Below are positions 38,317 to 49,898 of a stretch of 64,000 nt of DNA, piece after piece. The DNA is taken from positions 3,872,001 through 3,936,000 of the forward strand of contig CM000151.3 of assembly GCA_000004695.1 (NCBI GenBank). The letters run 5' to 3'. A program made the translations under genes and the position numbers. Source of the stretch: Dictyostelium discoideum. Taxonomy: Eukaryota. Numbering within the stretch: the first letter of the stretch is position 1; every line of letters begins with the position of its first letter. The notes below the pieces were generated by a model that was not told the DNA's origin, ran no database searches, and saw nothing but the letters and a program-made list of their open reading frames with translations.

Positions 38317-38930
38317 AAAAAGAAAAAAGAAAAAAGTTAATTTAAAAATATCTATTTGTGATTAATTATTTTTTTATTTATTTTATTTACTAACTTGATA
38401 ACATTTTTGTTATAAGCTTTTTAAAAGTTCTTTTTTAGTTTTTTTTTTTTTTTTTTTTTTACTTGGGATTCTTTATTTTATTTAATTTTTTAAATTTGAA
38501 TTACCTGTTTTATTTTTTTTATTTTTTTTATTTTTTTTTTATAAAAATATAAAAATTATTTTTTGATAAAGAGCCATTTTTAAAAAATCAATTATATTTT
38601 TTGGTAAAAGATTTTTGTAATGATTTCTTTTATTTGACCATTATAAGATTTTTTTTTTTTTTTTTTTTTTTTGTTGTGAATTTAATTTTTTTTTATTTTT
38701 TTTTTATTTATATATAGATAATTTAAATGATGTCTTCAAACTGATCAATATTTTGATTTGTCAGATAATTTTTAATGATCACTTTTGATTTTATTATGAT
38801 AATTAATTGTTGAAATGCACATTTATTTTTTTTTATTTGCTAGCAAAAATTTTAAAATAAAAATAATAGAGTTTAAAATATTAAATTAAGGAGGATTATA
38901 TTTTTAAATAATTTCTGTTATAATTTTTAC

Positions 38931-38961
<31 letters not shown>

Positions 38962-39401
38962 TAGATTTTTTTGATCAAATTATATTATATATTAATATAT
39001 ATTTATTTTATTATATGGATCAAAATAAATTAATTTAGATTACCACTAATTTTATTCAAAATCTCTAAATCTATGTGGGTTTTATATTCATTTAAATAAA
39101 AGTAAACACACAAAAATAAAAATAAAAATATGGGGGAAATTTAAAATAATAATTATATTTTATTTATTTTTTTATTTTATAATATATTTATTATATTTAT
39201 TTAAATTTGTCTTTTTTTACTTTTTTTAAAAAAAAATTGGATTTGAGGGTGGTTTTATATAAATAAAAAAGATCATTATTATTATTACTTTTTTTTATTT
39301 ATTTATCTATAAATTTTATTTTATTTTATTTTATTTTAATTTAATTTGTTTTTGACCCAAACCCCCAATTATTTTTTGTAGTTTTGTGACTGATGTTGGT
39401 G

Positions 39402-40832
39402 TTATGTTGATGGTGTTAGTGGTTTAACTGAAAATAAATTTGGAATTCCACCAATAAATCCGCTCTTTTCTGATGGTTGTTGGTTTGTTGAGGTTGTTGT
39501 CGATCTAGTGGAAATTCCACTAAGGAATCCACTTGGTTTTGGTGTTTCATTAGCATTTGTTGTAGATATTGCTGGTGATGTTGTAGAAGGTTTTTTAGTT
39601 ACTGTAGGTGGTAAAGTTGGTTTTATATTTGAAAATTCACCGATGTATCCACTTTTTTCAGTGGTTTGCGTAATACCTCCAATCAATCCACCAAATGGAG
39701 CATTTCCAGTTGTTGAGGTTGATTGGGTATTTGAGGTTGGTATAAAACCTATTAAACCTGGCAATAGATTGGATGGCGGAGGAGTAGAATGCGTTTGAGT
39801 TGGGGTTGGTGTTTGAGTTTGAGTTTGAGTTGGTGTTTGAGTTTGAGTTGGTGTTGGTGTTTGAGTTTGAGTTGGAGTTTGTGTTTGAGTTTGTATTGGT
39901 TTTGGAGTTTGAGTTTGTGTTGGAGTTTGTGTTTGGGTTTGAGTTGGTGTTGGTGTTTTAGTTTGAGTTGGTTTTGGAGTTTGGGTTTGTGTTGGAGTTT
40001 GTGTTTGAGTTTGAGTTGGTGTTGATGTTTGAGTTTGAGTTGGTGTTTGTGTTTGAGTTTGTGTTTGTGTTTGTGTTTGTGTTGGTGTTTGTGTTGGTGT
40101 TTGTGTTTGAGTTTGTGTTTGTGTTGGTTTTGGAGTTTGTGTTTGTGTTGGAGTTTGTGTTTGTGTTGAATTTTGTGTTTGTGTTTGTGTTTGTGTTTGT
40201 GTTTGTGTTTGTGTTGGTGTTGGTGTTGGTGTGTGGGTTTGTGTTGGTGTTGGAGTTGGAGTTTGTGTTGGAGTTGGAGTTTGTGTTGGAGTCGGAGTTT
40301 GGGTTGGTGTTGGTGTTGGAGTTTGAGTTGTTGGTGTTTGTGTTGGTGTTTGCGTTGGAGTTTGTGTTGGTGTTGGTGTTTGAGTTGATGTTTGTGTTGG
40401 TGTCGAGGTTGGTGTATTGATTCCACCTAAAAAGCCTCCAAAGAAACCAGATGCTTTTGTTGGTGTTGGTGTTGGTGTTGTTGATATTGATGTTGGTGTT
40501 GTTGATATTGATGTTGGTGTTGAGGATGGTGCATTGATACCACCAAAAATGCCTCATAAGAAACCAGATGCTTTTGTTGGTGTTGGTGTTGGTGTTTGAG
40601 TTTGAGTTGGTGTTGGTGTTAGTGTTGGTGTTATTGTTGGGGTTTGAGTTGGGGTTGGTGTTAGTGTTGGTGTTGGTGTTAGGGTTTGAGTTTGTGTTGG
40701 TGTTGGTGCTATTGTTATTGTTGGGGTTTGAGTTTGTCTTTGAGTTTGTGTAGGTGTTGGTGTTTGAGTTGGTGTTGGTGTTGGTGTTTGTGTTTGGGTT
40801 GGTGTTGGTGTATTGTAACCTCCAAAATAGCC
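39402..40832 (-). repeat. 1.4-kb coding-type hexanucleotide (AACACC/AACTCA) Pro/Thr/Gln repeat array, open in the same frame as upstream gene D, with interspersed K(A/E)SGF(L/F)GG(Y/I/F)FGG(Y/I)N(T/A)P units; lies 3' of the first in-frame TGA of gene D
   Basis: the PT reading frame is continuous from 41834 to 39402 except for two TGA codons (40835-33 and about 40550), each replacing the GGA Gly codon of the unit GFL-G-G; the track's overlapping ORFs on both strands here are alternative frames of the repeat. Confidence 0.7.
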
Positions 40833-41834
40833 TCATAAGAAACCAGATGCTTTAGTTGGAGTGGGTGTTGGTGTTTGTGATTGGGTGGCTGTAGTTGTAG
40901 TTGTAGGTGTTGGTGTTGGTGTAGGTGTATTGTAGCCACCGAAATAGCCTCCTAAAAAACCAGATTCTTTAGTTGGAGTGGGTGTTGGTGTTTGTGATTG
41001 AGTGGGTGTAGTTGTAGGTGTTGGTGTAGGTAGTGGTTGGGTTGGTGAAGGTGTTTGAATAGGTTGTGTTGTACCAGTTGTTGAACCACCAAATAAACCA
41101 CCCAAGAAACTAGATACTGGTTTTTGAGTTGGATTTGGGGTTGGAGTTGAGGTTGGGGTTGGAGTTGATGAAAGTGTTTGTGCGGGTGTTGGTGTTGATC
41201 CACCACCACCTATAAATCCACCTAAAAAACCACTTGATGGTTTCGATGTTGGAGTTGGAGTTAAAGATGGTGTTACACCACCATTTGTACTTCCACCACT
41301 TATGAAACCACCAATGAAACCAGTACCACCACCATTTGGTTGGGTAGGTACAGGGGTTTGAGTTTTAAAACCACCACTACCTCCACCTAATAAACCACCT
41401 AACAAACCTGAAGATCCGCCACCTAATAAAGCACCACCAATTAAATGTGGGATATTATCAACTCCAATTAAACCAGAAGTTGATGTAACACGTGGACATA
41501 ATAATTTTGCTTCAATGATTGCACCAAATAAACCACTAAATAAATTTGATAGACCAAATATTGATTTTTGTACTCTTTCATCCATATTATCTTGATCCAT
41601 AATAATTATACCTTTATTAACTGGAATCCCATCTTTATTAAACAATTCAGGATAACAAAAGTTTCTATATTTTGAACATAATGAAGTAATCTTTACATCA
41701 ATATTATCAACTAAATAGTTTAAATCATAATTTTGATCTGTTAAATAATTTTTAATTCTTGATATAAAATATTTTTGTTTTTCATCTTCATTTAATTTAT
41801 TAAATAATTTTAAAGATACATCATTTTTATCATT
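40833..41834 (-). CDS. Secreted Cys-pair/GxLGG-repeat protein D, exon 2 (NDKNDVSLKLFNKL...CSKYRNFCYPELF...GLIGV..LIGGALLGGGSSGLLGGLLGGG..., then PT-rich linker with GFLGG units), to the first TGA
   Basis: acceptor tttAG at 41836-35; ORF 40833..41645 extended 5'; terminates at TGA 40835-40833. Confidence 0.65.
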   Translation of the reverse strand, partial: NDKNDVSLKLFNKLNEDEKQKYFISRIKNYLTDQNYDLNYLVDNIDVKITSLCSKYRNFCYPELFNKDGIPVNKGIIIMDQDNMDERVQKSIFGLSNLFSGLFGAIIEAKLLCPRVTSTSGLIGVDNIPHLIGGALLGGGSSGLLGGLLGGGSGGFKTQTPVPTQPNGGGTGFIGGFISGGSTNGGVTPSLTPTPTSKPSSGFLGGFIGGGGSTPTPAQTLSSTPTPTSTPTPNPTQKPVSSFLGGLFGGSTTGTTQPIQTPSPTQPLPTPTPTTTPTQSQTPTPTPTKESGFLGGYFGGYNTPTPTPTPTTTTTATQSQTPTPTPTKASGFL

Positions 41835-41920
41835 CTAAAAATGGAAAATTAAAAATAAAAAAAAATAAAAATTAGAAAAATAATATTAAAAAAAATCTAT
41901 AAGATCCTTATAATAATTAC

Positions 41921-42055
41921 TCTTAAATCAACTATAAATTTATTTCTGTTTATTTCATCAACTTCACTTTCTTCTTGATAGATTTCATTTGCATTAGAAT
42001 TTCCCATAAAAAATATAAAAATAAAAAGTATTACAATTATTTTTAATATTTTCAT
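41921..42055 (-). CDS. Protein D exon 1: signal peptide (MKILKIIVILFIFIFFMGNSNA...)
   Basis: ATG 42055; hydrophobic signal with cleavage site; donor AGA|GTAATT at 41920. Confidence 0.65.
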
Positions 42056-42879
42056 TTTTTTTATTTTTTTTTTTTATTTTTGAAAACAAAAGATAGAATA
42101 TTAAAAAATATAATTAAAATTTAAAAAAAATTTATAATTAATAATTAAGTTTGAAATAAAATATAAAAAAAAATATGAAAAAAAAAAAATATCAGGATTT
42201 ATATATAAAAAACAATTATATATTTTAAATATATAAATTATTAATTCAATGTTTTTTTTAGTTTAATATTGTTCAATATTCAAACAAATAATTTCATTGA
42301 GCCCATTTATTATTATTAGTATGCTATATACTATGGTGATAACCATTAATGAAAAATAAAAATAAAAATAAAAATAAAAATAAAAATAAAAATAAAAATG
42401 TATAAAAACAGTTAACACAGTAAGAAACTGGGGGTAAACAATTTTCAACAATATAAATAGAAATTATTTGTATGTTAATCATTGGTCAATAACCCCCAAG
42501 TTGAACATTTATTTGTAAAATGGATTTTTCGATTTTTTTTAAAATTTTCATTAAAATCTACTTCTATATGGGTATTATATGGGTATATGGATACAATAAA
42601 AATACAAGTAATTATAATTTCAATAAAAAAAAGAAAAAAAAAAAAAAAAAAAAAAAATCTTCAGATTTTAACCATATAAACATTATGAAATTATTAAATA
42701 AAATGAAAAAATTAGATGTAAAAAAAAATTATAAATTACCTTATTTGTTTATTTTTTTAGTAGAAAAAGATAATAAAAAAAAAAAAAAAATAAAAAAAAA
42801 AAATTAAAAAAAAAAAAAATTAAAATAAGGTATATACTAAAGGAAATTGTTAATTTTAAAAATTTTTATTTATTTAATT

Positions 42880-43992
42880 TTATTTTTTTGAAAGTGCTGG
42901 TGAAACTTTTGAAAGATTATTTTCAATTTCAATATTATCAATTTGGTTATTATTTTCAACCTTTTTATCTTGTTGATGTTGTTGATTATACTTTTGAGTG
43001 AATAAATCAACGATATTTAAGAATTGGTCAAAGTAACTTGCATAATCTGATAAAGTACTCTCAGATTTTGGTGAATTTGTTTGAACAACTGGTGGTGATT
43101 GAGTATTTGGTTGTTGTGGTTGTGGTGGTTGTGGTGGTGGTAATGTTGGAGCAGGAGTTGGTTTTTTAGTTTGAGGTGGTTGTTCAGTTTGAGGTGGTTT
43201 TGTTTTAACAACTGGAATAGATGGTTGTGGTTGTGTTTGAACTGGAATATCTGGAATCTCATTTAAAATTGGTACAAGTTCATCAAATTCCTCTTGATTT
43301 TCTTCATTTTGTTGTCTTTCCAATTGTTGTTGAAGTGCCAATGCAGCCAAACGTGCTTTTTCCTCCATTTCACGTCTATGTTGAGATTCCCTATAATCTC
43401 TCTCCATTTGAAGTTGTGCTTCAAGTTGAGCTTGTCTATCTTGTGAAGTTGGATTTTGATTTTGATTTTGATTTTGATTTTGATTTTGATTTTGATTTGA
43501 AATTTGATTTTGATTTGAAATTTGATTTTGATTTGGAATTGGTTGATTTTGTTGATACTGTTGGAAATTTTGAGCGATTGGTGCATTTTGTCTATTGTCT
43601 GGTTCATTTTGAGTATTTATTGAAGCGGCTATTGGTGGTCCATTTGTACCACCTATTAAACCACCTAATAAATTTAAACTAATTAATAATCTTTCCAATT
43701 TCTTATTGGTTTCAGCAGAGAATTTAAAATCATTTGATTTAATATTATCTTGAATTAATTTTACAATTTCATCAGATTTTGATTGTAATATTACTTTTGC
43801 TGTTGATAATAAATTTTCAGGTAATTGATTATTATAAATTGAACATTTCTCTGGTTTATAACTACATGCATATGTTATTACACTAACTAATTGATTTTGA
43901 TTTAAATTATATTTATTTGCATATTCTTGAATTTGTCCAATAACTTTTTCAATTACAAATGATTTAGCATCATTTTCATTATTTTTAATTTC
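42880..43992 (-). CDS. Secreted Cys-pair/GxLGG protein E, exon 2 (EIKNNENDAKSFVIEKVIGQIQEYANKYNL...YACSYKPEKCSIYNNQLPENLL...LLISLNLLGGLIGGTNGPP..., (NQ)n, coiled region, P/Q-rich tail)
   Basis: acceptor tttAG at 43994-93; ORF 42880..43698 extended 5'; contains a (GATTTT)n-encoded NQNQNQ tract; paralogue of D and F. Confidence 0.65.
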   Translation of the reverse strand, partial: EIKNNENDAKSFVIEKVIGQIQEYANKYNLNQNQLVSVITYACSYKPEKCSIYNNQLPENLLSTAKVILQSKSDEIVKLIQDNIKSNDFKFSAETNKKLERLLISLNLLGGLIGGTNGPPIAASINTQNEPDNRQNAPIAQNFQQYQQNQPIPNQNQISNQNQISNQNQNQNQNQNQNQNPTSQDRQAQLEAQLQMERDYRESQHRREMEEKARLAALALQQQLERQQNEENQEEFDELVPILNEIPDIPVQTQPQPSIPVVKTKPPQTEQPPQTKKPTPAPTLPPPQPPQPQQPNTQSPPVVQTNSPKSESTLSDYASYFDQFLNIVDLFTQKYNQQHQQDKKVENNNQIDNIEIENNLSKVSPALSKK

Positions 43993-44121
43993 CTAAATAA
44001 AAATGAATAATAAACAAAAAATAAAAAAATAAAAAATAAAAATAAAAAATTTGTTTAGAAAAAAAAAAATAAAAAAAATTATAAAAAAATAAAAAAAATT
44101 AAAAAAAGTAGTTATAGTTAC

Positions 44122-44187
44122 TTCAGATAAAACCAATGAATATAATAAAGATAATATTAAAATAAATAATATTTTCTTAAACACCAT
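44122..44187 (-). CDS. Protein E exon 1: signal peptide (MVFKKILFILILSLLYSLVLSE)
   Basis: ATG 44187; donor GAA|GTAACT at 44121. Confidence 0.65.
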
Positions 44188-44547
44188 TTTTATGAAATTT
44201 AATATAAATGAATAAAAAAAAAAAAAATTAATAAATATGATTTCTTAAATAATATAAAAAAAATAATATTATAAAATTTATTTTTTAAATAAAAAAATAA
44301 AAAAAAAAAAATTAATTTCAATAAAATAAAATTAAATGATTATAATATTAATATAATAAAATTATGACCTTGTACCATTAAAGGCATTGTATCCATTAAT
44401 ATTAATACTTACTTTTTTTTTTATTTTTTTTTTATTTTTTTTTTATTTTTTTACAACTTTTCTTTTATTTGCAATAATTTATTTTACCCCAAAACCAAAT
44501 ACTATTGAAGGTGGTGTATATATTGTTGTTATAGATCTTAATTGTAG

Positions 44548-44582
<35 letters not shown>

Positions 44583-44925
44583 CTTAAATTTAAAATAAAA
44601 AAAAAAAATTAAAATTAAAAATAACCACCATTTAATGGATTTTTCATTTTAATCCCTTATTTAATTCCCACACCTTTTTTATTAAATAGCTTAAAAAATC
44701 ACAAAAGTGACAGCACACCCCCTAAAAATAAAAAAAACAAAAATTATTTTTCAAAGTGAAAATCAATAATAACAATAAAAAAACTTTTAAAAACAACCCC
44801 ATTTTACCGTGTTTTTTTTTTTTTTTTCAATTAATTATTGTAATTTTCATTATGAGAACTATCATTGAAAAAAATTAATTAAAAAAATAAATTTAAAATA
44901 TGAAAAAAAGTTTGAAAAAATATTC

Positions 44926-44968
<43 letters not shown>

Positions 44969-45071
44969 ATTCCAATAAAAGAAACTATTATTAGTTTCTT
45001 TTATTATAATTAATTTTTTTTTTTTTTTTTTTTTTTTTGAACTATATATAATTAATCAAATTGTAATAAAT

Positions 45072-45527
45072 TTAATGTTGTTTTTGAGGCAATAGTGGCG
45101 GTTTTGTTGGAGAAGAAGTTGTTAAACCACCAAGAACAGGTGTATTTAAAATTCTATCTCTATAACATTGAGCTTCTAATAATATACCAACTGTATCAAC
45201 GGTTAAATTAATTGCATCACCTAAAATTGGAATTTTACAAATTAACAATGTATTACAAAGTGTTTTAATATAACTTTCCAATGTAATTGGATCGAATCCA
45301 ATCTCTGAAAAATAATCTCTAATTTGATCTAAAAAGAATGCCAATATTTTATCATTTTCAAATAATTGAATTTGATTTGAAAATTTAACCATTGATGAAT
45401 TAAAATTATTATAATTTCCATTTTTAAATTCATCACTATTTAAAATTAATTTCATTTGTTTAATTTGACTATCAACATATATTTCACTCTTTTCATTACT
45501 TTTAAATTTAGTTTTTTTCCATTTTAT
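45072..45527 (-). CDS. Secreted Cys-pair/GxLGG protein F, exon 2 (IKWKKTKFKSNEKSEIYVDSQIKQMKLILNSDEF...IKTLCNTLLICKIPILGDAINLTVDTVGILLEAQCYRDRILNTPVLGGLTTSSPTKPP...)
   Basis: acceptor ttatAG at 45529-28; ORF 45072..45455 extended 5'. Confidence 0.6.
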   Translation of the reverse strand: MKWKKTKFKSNEKSEIYVDSQIKQMKLILNSDEFKNGNYNNFNSSMVKFSNQIQLFENDKILAFFLDQIRDYFSEIGFDPITLESYIKTLCNTLLICKIPILGDAINLTVDTVGILLEAQCYRDRILNTPVLGGLTTSSPTKPPLLPQKQH

Positions 45528-45620
45528 CTATAAAATAAATAAAAAAAATAAAAAAAAAAAACCATTTAAGTAAAGGAATTTTATTTATTTATTTTTTTAT
45601 TTATATAATTTAATTTTTAC

Positions 45621-45692
45621 AGGTGAAGCAAAACATGAACTAATTATTAAGAAAGAAATAAAAAATATTAATATAAACTTATTAATCTTCAT
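45621..45692 (-). CDS. Protein F exon 1: signal peptide (MKINKFILIFFISFLIISSCFASP)
   Basis: ATG 45692; donor CCT|GTAAAA at 45620. Confidence 0.6.
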
Positions 45693-46063
45693 TTTTTTTT
45701 TTTTTTTTTTTTTTTATTAATATTTCAAATAAATTAAATTGAATAAATAATGAATATAAAAAAAAAAGTGCACAGAAAAAAAAAAAATAAAATAAAATAA
45801 AATTAAATAAAATTAAAAAAATAAAAAATTATTTGGTGCCAATTAACTAAATATAAAAACAAAATTTGTAATATGCAATGCTTTGAAAACCAGTTTATTT
45901 ACCACTACTTTCACCCCCACCATTTGTTTTCTTTGTTTTTTTTTTGGTTTTTTTTTAATATTAAAAATCTGTGTTTAAAAAAAAAATAAATATAACCATT
46001 TAAATGGGTCGCGGGAGTATGAAAATATTTATGATATTTTTTTTTTTTTTTATTTTATATTTT

Positions 46064-46321
46064 TCAATAAAAAATAGTTTTCTTTGTATAATGTCTTTCA
46101 ACTTTTCTAATTACACCATCTTTACCTTTTGTCCAAAGATAGTAGTCAAATTCAACATCATTTTTAATAAAATTATCAGTTCTTTTCTTTGCAATTGAAA
46201 CGATTTCAATACATGCTTGAATTGCTTGAACCCTTAATTCAACCTCATCATTTCCAGGTAATAATTCAGCACCAGCATTTAAACGTTCTTCTAATTCTTT
46301 TGAAACTTCTAAAATTCCAAA
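46064..46321 (-). CDS. QNG1 (queuosine 5'-phosphate N-glycosylase/hydrolase, DUF2419; C9orf64-like), last exon
   Basis: acceptor aatAG at 46323-22; FGILEVSKELEERLNAGAELLPGNDEVELRVQAIQACIEIV matches human QNG1 HLGILEYSPQLRAAIEAGQELPAGSEEEVEIRACTIRAVELL; stop TGA at 46066-64. Confidence 0.8.
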   Translation of the reverse strand, partial: FGILEVSKELEERLNAGAELLPGNDEVELRVQAIQACIEIVSIAKKRTDNFIKNDVEFDYYLWTKGKDGVIRKVERHYTKKTIFY

Positions 46322-46322
46322 C

Positions 46323-46368
<46 letters not shown>

Positions 46369-46425
46369 AAATAAGTTAGTAGTAATAAAATTAAATTATT
46401 TATATATTATATAATATAAACTTAC

Positions 46426-47114
46426 ATTTCTTAAAACAGCAGGTAAAACATTATCAGTGAAAACGGTAACATCATTAATATCAGTGAAATTAAAACGATC
46501 AGGTATGGTATCTTTGAAACGACGATAAAGATCTGCTGCTAATAATTGAACTTTTTTAAAAATGAAAATACGATGACCTTTATAGTTTGCTTGATCATTG
46601 AATGCTGGAATTGTTTCAACTAAAATTTTAACTAAATCTGATGCCAATGGAGTTGTTGATGATGATGATGATGATCTTTTAGATGGATCTGTAATACTCC
46701 AAATCCAATCACCAAAATCTTGAAATCCTAATTTTAAAACAATCTCTGAACTTTCTTTTAAAACTGTATGAATTGATTGAGCCAATTGTTTTAATGGTGT
46801 ATCACGATATGAGTAAATTCCAGCTTGAATTTCAAATTCCTCTTGTGTTGGTATATTAAATAGTTGTGAAACATCATTCAATGACATATTACTAAGGAAA
46901 TTGGCTGTTAATTTCCCACCCTGTGATAAAAACATACCCATCAATCCATAACAAATAGTTTCATATGCACCTCTATTACATGCTTCATGTAACTCTTTTC
47001 TATATCCACTTCCAAAATTAATTAAATCTAATAAAAACCAAAAATTAATTTCTTGTTGTGAATTTGAATAATTTAATGGAAATAAAACTGTTGATGATTT
47101 TGATTCATAATCAT
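46426..47114 (-). CDS. QNG1 exon 2 (DDYESKSSTVLFPLNYS...INFWFLLDLINFGSGYRKEL...IPDRFNFTDINDVTVFTDNVLPAVLRN)
   Basis: acceptor tatAG at 47116-15; donor AAT|GTAAGT at 46425; conserved DUF2419 blocks (NF.FW......F..GYR, ADYR.PQVLR equivalent). Confidence 0.8.
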
Positions 47115-47202
47115 CTATAAAAAAACAAATAAAAAAAATTATTATTATTATTAAATTGTTTATTATCTCAATAAAAAGTTGTATAAAATTATTTTTATTT
47201 AC

Positions 47203-47323
47203 CTTTTTTAAGATTATCTAAAAATTCATTGATTTTATTAAAGTTGATTTTAACATTATCTGAATGTTCGTTAACCCAATTTGCTGATTCACGGACTTGT
47301 TGGAGTGGATTATCTGATACCAT
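47203..47323 (-). CDS. QNG1 exon 1 (MVSDNPLQQVRESANWVNEHSDNVKINFNKINEFLDNLKK)
   Basis: ATG 47323; donor G|GTAAAT at 47202; VRESA.... matches the QNG1 N-terminus. Confidence 0.75.
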
Positions 47324-47696
47324 TTTATTTGTTTTTTATTTTGGTTGTCTTGGAATTAATTAAAAAAAAAAAATAATAAAAAAATAAAAAATGAAAATGA
47401 ATTTTTAAAAATAAAAAAAAAATAAAAAAATAAAAAAATATAATTATTTTCTCATTTTTTTTTGGTCTTTGGTAAAGGGTGGTATGATGTAAAAATTTCA
47501 GTATTAAATTGGTGAAAAGTAATTTTATGCGGTGCTGGTGTTTGTGAATGTTTTTTTTTATTTTTTTATTTTTATTTTTATTTTTTTATTTTCTATGCAA
47601 CTCCCCATAGTCTTGAGAAATTCAGTTTTTTGTTGCTTTTTTTTTTTTTTTTTTTGGGTTTTGGTAAAAATAAGTCAAAATAATAAAAATAATAAA

Positions 47697-47754
<58 letters not shown>

Positions 47755-48095
47755 TAAAAAATAATTAAAAAAAATAAAATTAAAACAAATTTTTTAAAAA
47801 AGTCCAAATTAGAACTTAAAAAGAAAAAAAAAAAAAAAAAAATTTTAAAACTAACCGTTTAAACGAAATTTTTTTTTAATTATTTTTTATTTTTTTTTTT
47901 TTTTTTATATTTTTTATTTTTATTTTTTTTTAATTTCATTTTTTTTTTTTTTTTTTTTTTATTATTATTTTTATTTTTTTTTATTTATTTTTAATACATA
48001 CATTCATTTATATATTTTTTTATTATTTTTTTTTCTGTGTGTAACCTATTTATTTTTAGATATTATTTTTTTAAATATATATATTTAAAAAAAAA

Positions 48096-49898
48096 ATGGA
48101 AACAGAAAATAATAATATTGAAGGAAATGTGGTTGCAACCACAACAGTAGTTGAAAAAGTTCAAGAAGAACAAACTACAACAACAGCAATGAATACACAA
48201 AAAGTCGAAACTACAACAACAGCATCAACTACAGAAGACAATAAAGAATCAATTAATCAACCAACTGATAATACAAATGAAGATGATATTTCAAATAAAT
48301 TACATCATAAAAAAATAATGTTGGAAGAGGATGATGAGGATGATGAGGATGATGAAATTCTTAGTACACAAATACCAGTAGTAAACTCAACTTCACAAGA
48401 GAATAATAATGGTGGTGAATTAAAAGAAAAAACTGATAAAGTAGGTGGTGAAGATAATGCTGAAAAAGAAGTATCACCACCACCACCACCAACTACTACA
48501 ACCACTACAACCACTACAACCACTACATCTGATTCAAATCAAGAAAATAAAAATGAAGAAGGTGAAGAAGAAGAGGATGAAGAAGAAGAGGTTGAAGAAG
48601 AAGAAGTTGAGGGTGATAAAAAAGAAACTAAAGAAGAAAGAAGAGAAAGAAAGAAAGCAAAGAAAGAAGCTAAAAAAGCAAAGAAAGAGGCTAAAAAAGC
48701 AAAGAAAGAAGCAAAGAAATTAGCAGAGAATGAAGAGGAAGGTGGTAATAATAGTAATAGTAATAGTAATAATAATGATAATGAAAATGAAGGTGTAGAA
48801 GTTTCAAAAACTACAGGTGATGTTGATTTTGATGAAGAGACAACAGAACAAACTGAACAAGATGGTGAAGATGGTGAAGAGAAAAAACCAAAAAGATTAG
48901 GTAGAAAGAAATCAAAGAAATCACATAGCACCACAACCACTACAGATGATAAAGAGGATGATGTATTTGATGAGGAGATGACTGCATCACAAGAGGAACC
49001 AAAGAAAAAGAGAAAGAAAGATGAAGATGAAGATTATCAAGATGAAGAGGAAGAACAACCACAAGAAAACAATGAAAATGAAAATGAAAATGGGGGTGAA
49101 GAAGATGAAGATTACAGTAGTGGTGGTGGTAGTAAAAAGAAGAAGAGAAAGTCATCAAAGAAAGAACCAAAAGAACCAAAAGAACCAAAAGAACCAAGAA
49201 AGAAAAAGAAAGAATCAAATGAAAATTCATTCTCAAAAGATTTAGGTAAAAGAAATATTCAAAGAAAGATCGATGTTGGTAAAGTTATAGAGAGTGAGAA
49301 ACCAGCAGTCATTGATTTAATCGATAGAATGAATATCGCTTTCCAAGAGGATAATGTTGCAAACAAACAAAAGAAACCAGCACTCAATAAAACCAAATTA
49401 TTACCAGAGGTGGATGCAATGTTATCAAAGAAAATTCTTCATTCAACTTGTATTTCCAATGGTATCTTTGATGTTATCTCTGAATGGTTAAAACCATTAC
49501 CAGATGGTAGTCAACCAAATCATAAAGTCAAGGAGGTCCTTTTGAAGGGTCTATTTGATCTTCCACCTCCATCAAGTGAAATGGAATGTACTCCAAGAAT
49601 TGGTAGAGCCATCACCCTTATCAAACGTTCGGAGACTGAAACACCATCCATTAAAAAGTTGGCATATGATATCTTTGATAAATGGACTCGTCCTTCTCAA
49701 ATTAGACAAGAGTTTAATGATGTGCATGTTGATCAAAAACAAATTCAGTCACCATTACATTCAAGCGCCAATGGTGATGATAATTTACAACTCTTATCAA
49801 AGAAATATACTGATTATTTACCTGAACATATTAAACATGCAACTGGTTGTAAAAAAGTTACTTTAGATTATGTTAATAGACCAATTAATAGTGGTATT
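48096..49898 (+). CDS. iws1: IWS1 (Spt6-interacting transcription elongation factor) exon 1: long acidic/basic low-complexity N-terminus, then TFIIS-N (IWS1-C) domain
   Basis: VIDLIDRMNIAFQEDN.....LLPEVDAMLSKKILHSTCISNGIFDVISEWLKPLPDGSQPNHKVKEVLLKGLFDLP...IGRAITLIKRSETETPSIKKLAYDIFDKWTRP is collinear with human IWS1 [98 protein letters not shown]; donor ATT|GTAAGT at 49899. Confidence 0.85.

Noticed and set aside
39508-40753. Several plus-strand and alternative-frame minus-strand ORFs from the track (MEIPLRNPLGFG..., MRLSWGWCLSLSLSW..., MVLEFGFVLEF..., HKHKHK and NTNTNT frames)
   Set aside because: They are alternative reading frames of the (AACACC/AACTCA)n hexanucleotide repeat. A repeat with period 6 and no stop triplets is open in all frames. 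Only the Pro/Thr frame is contiguous with the upstream signal-peptide gene.
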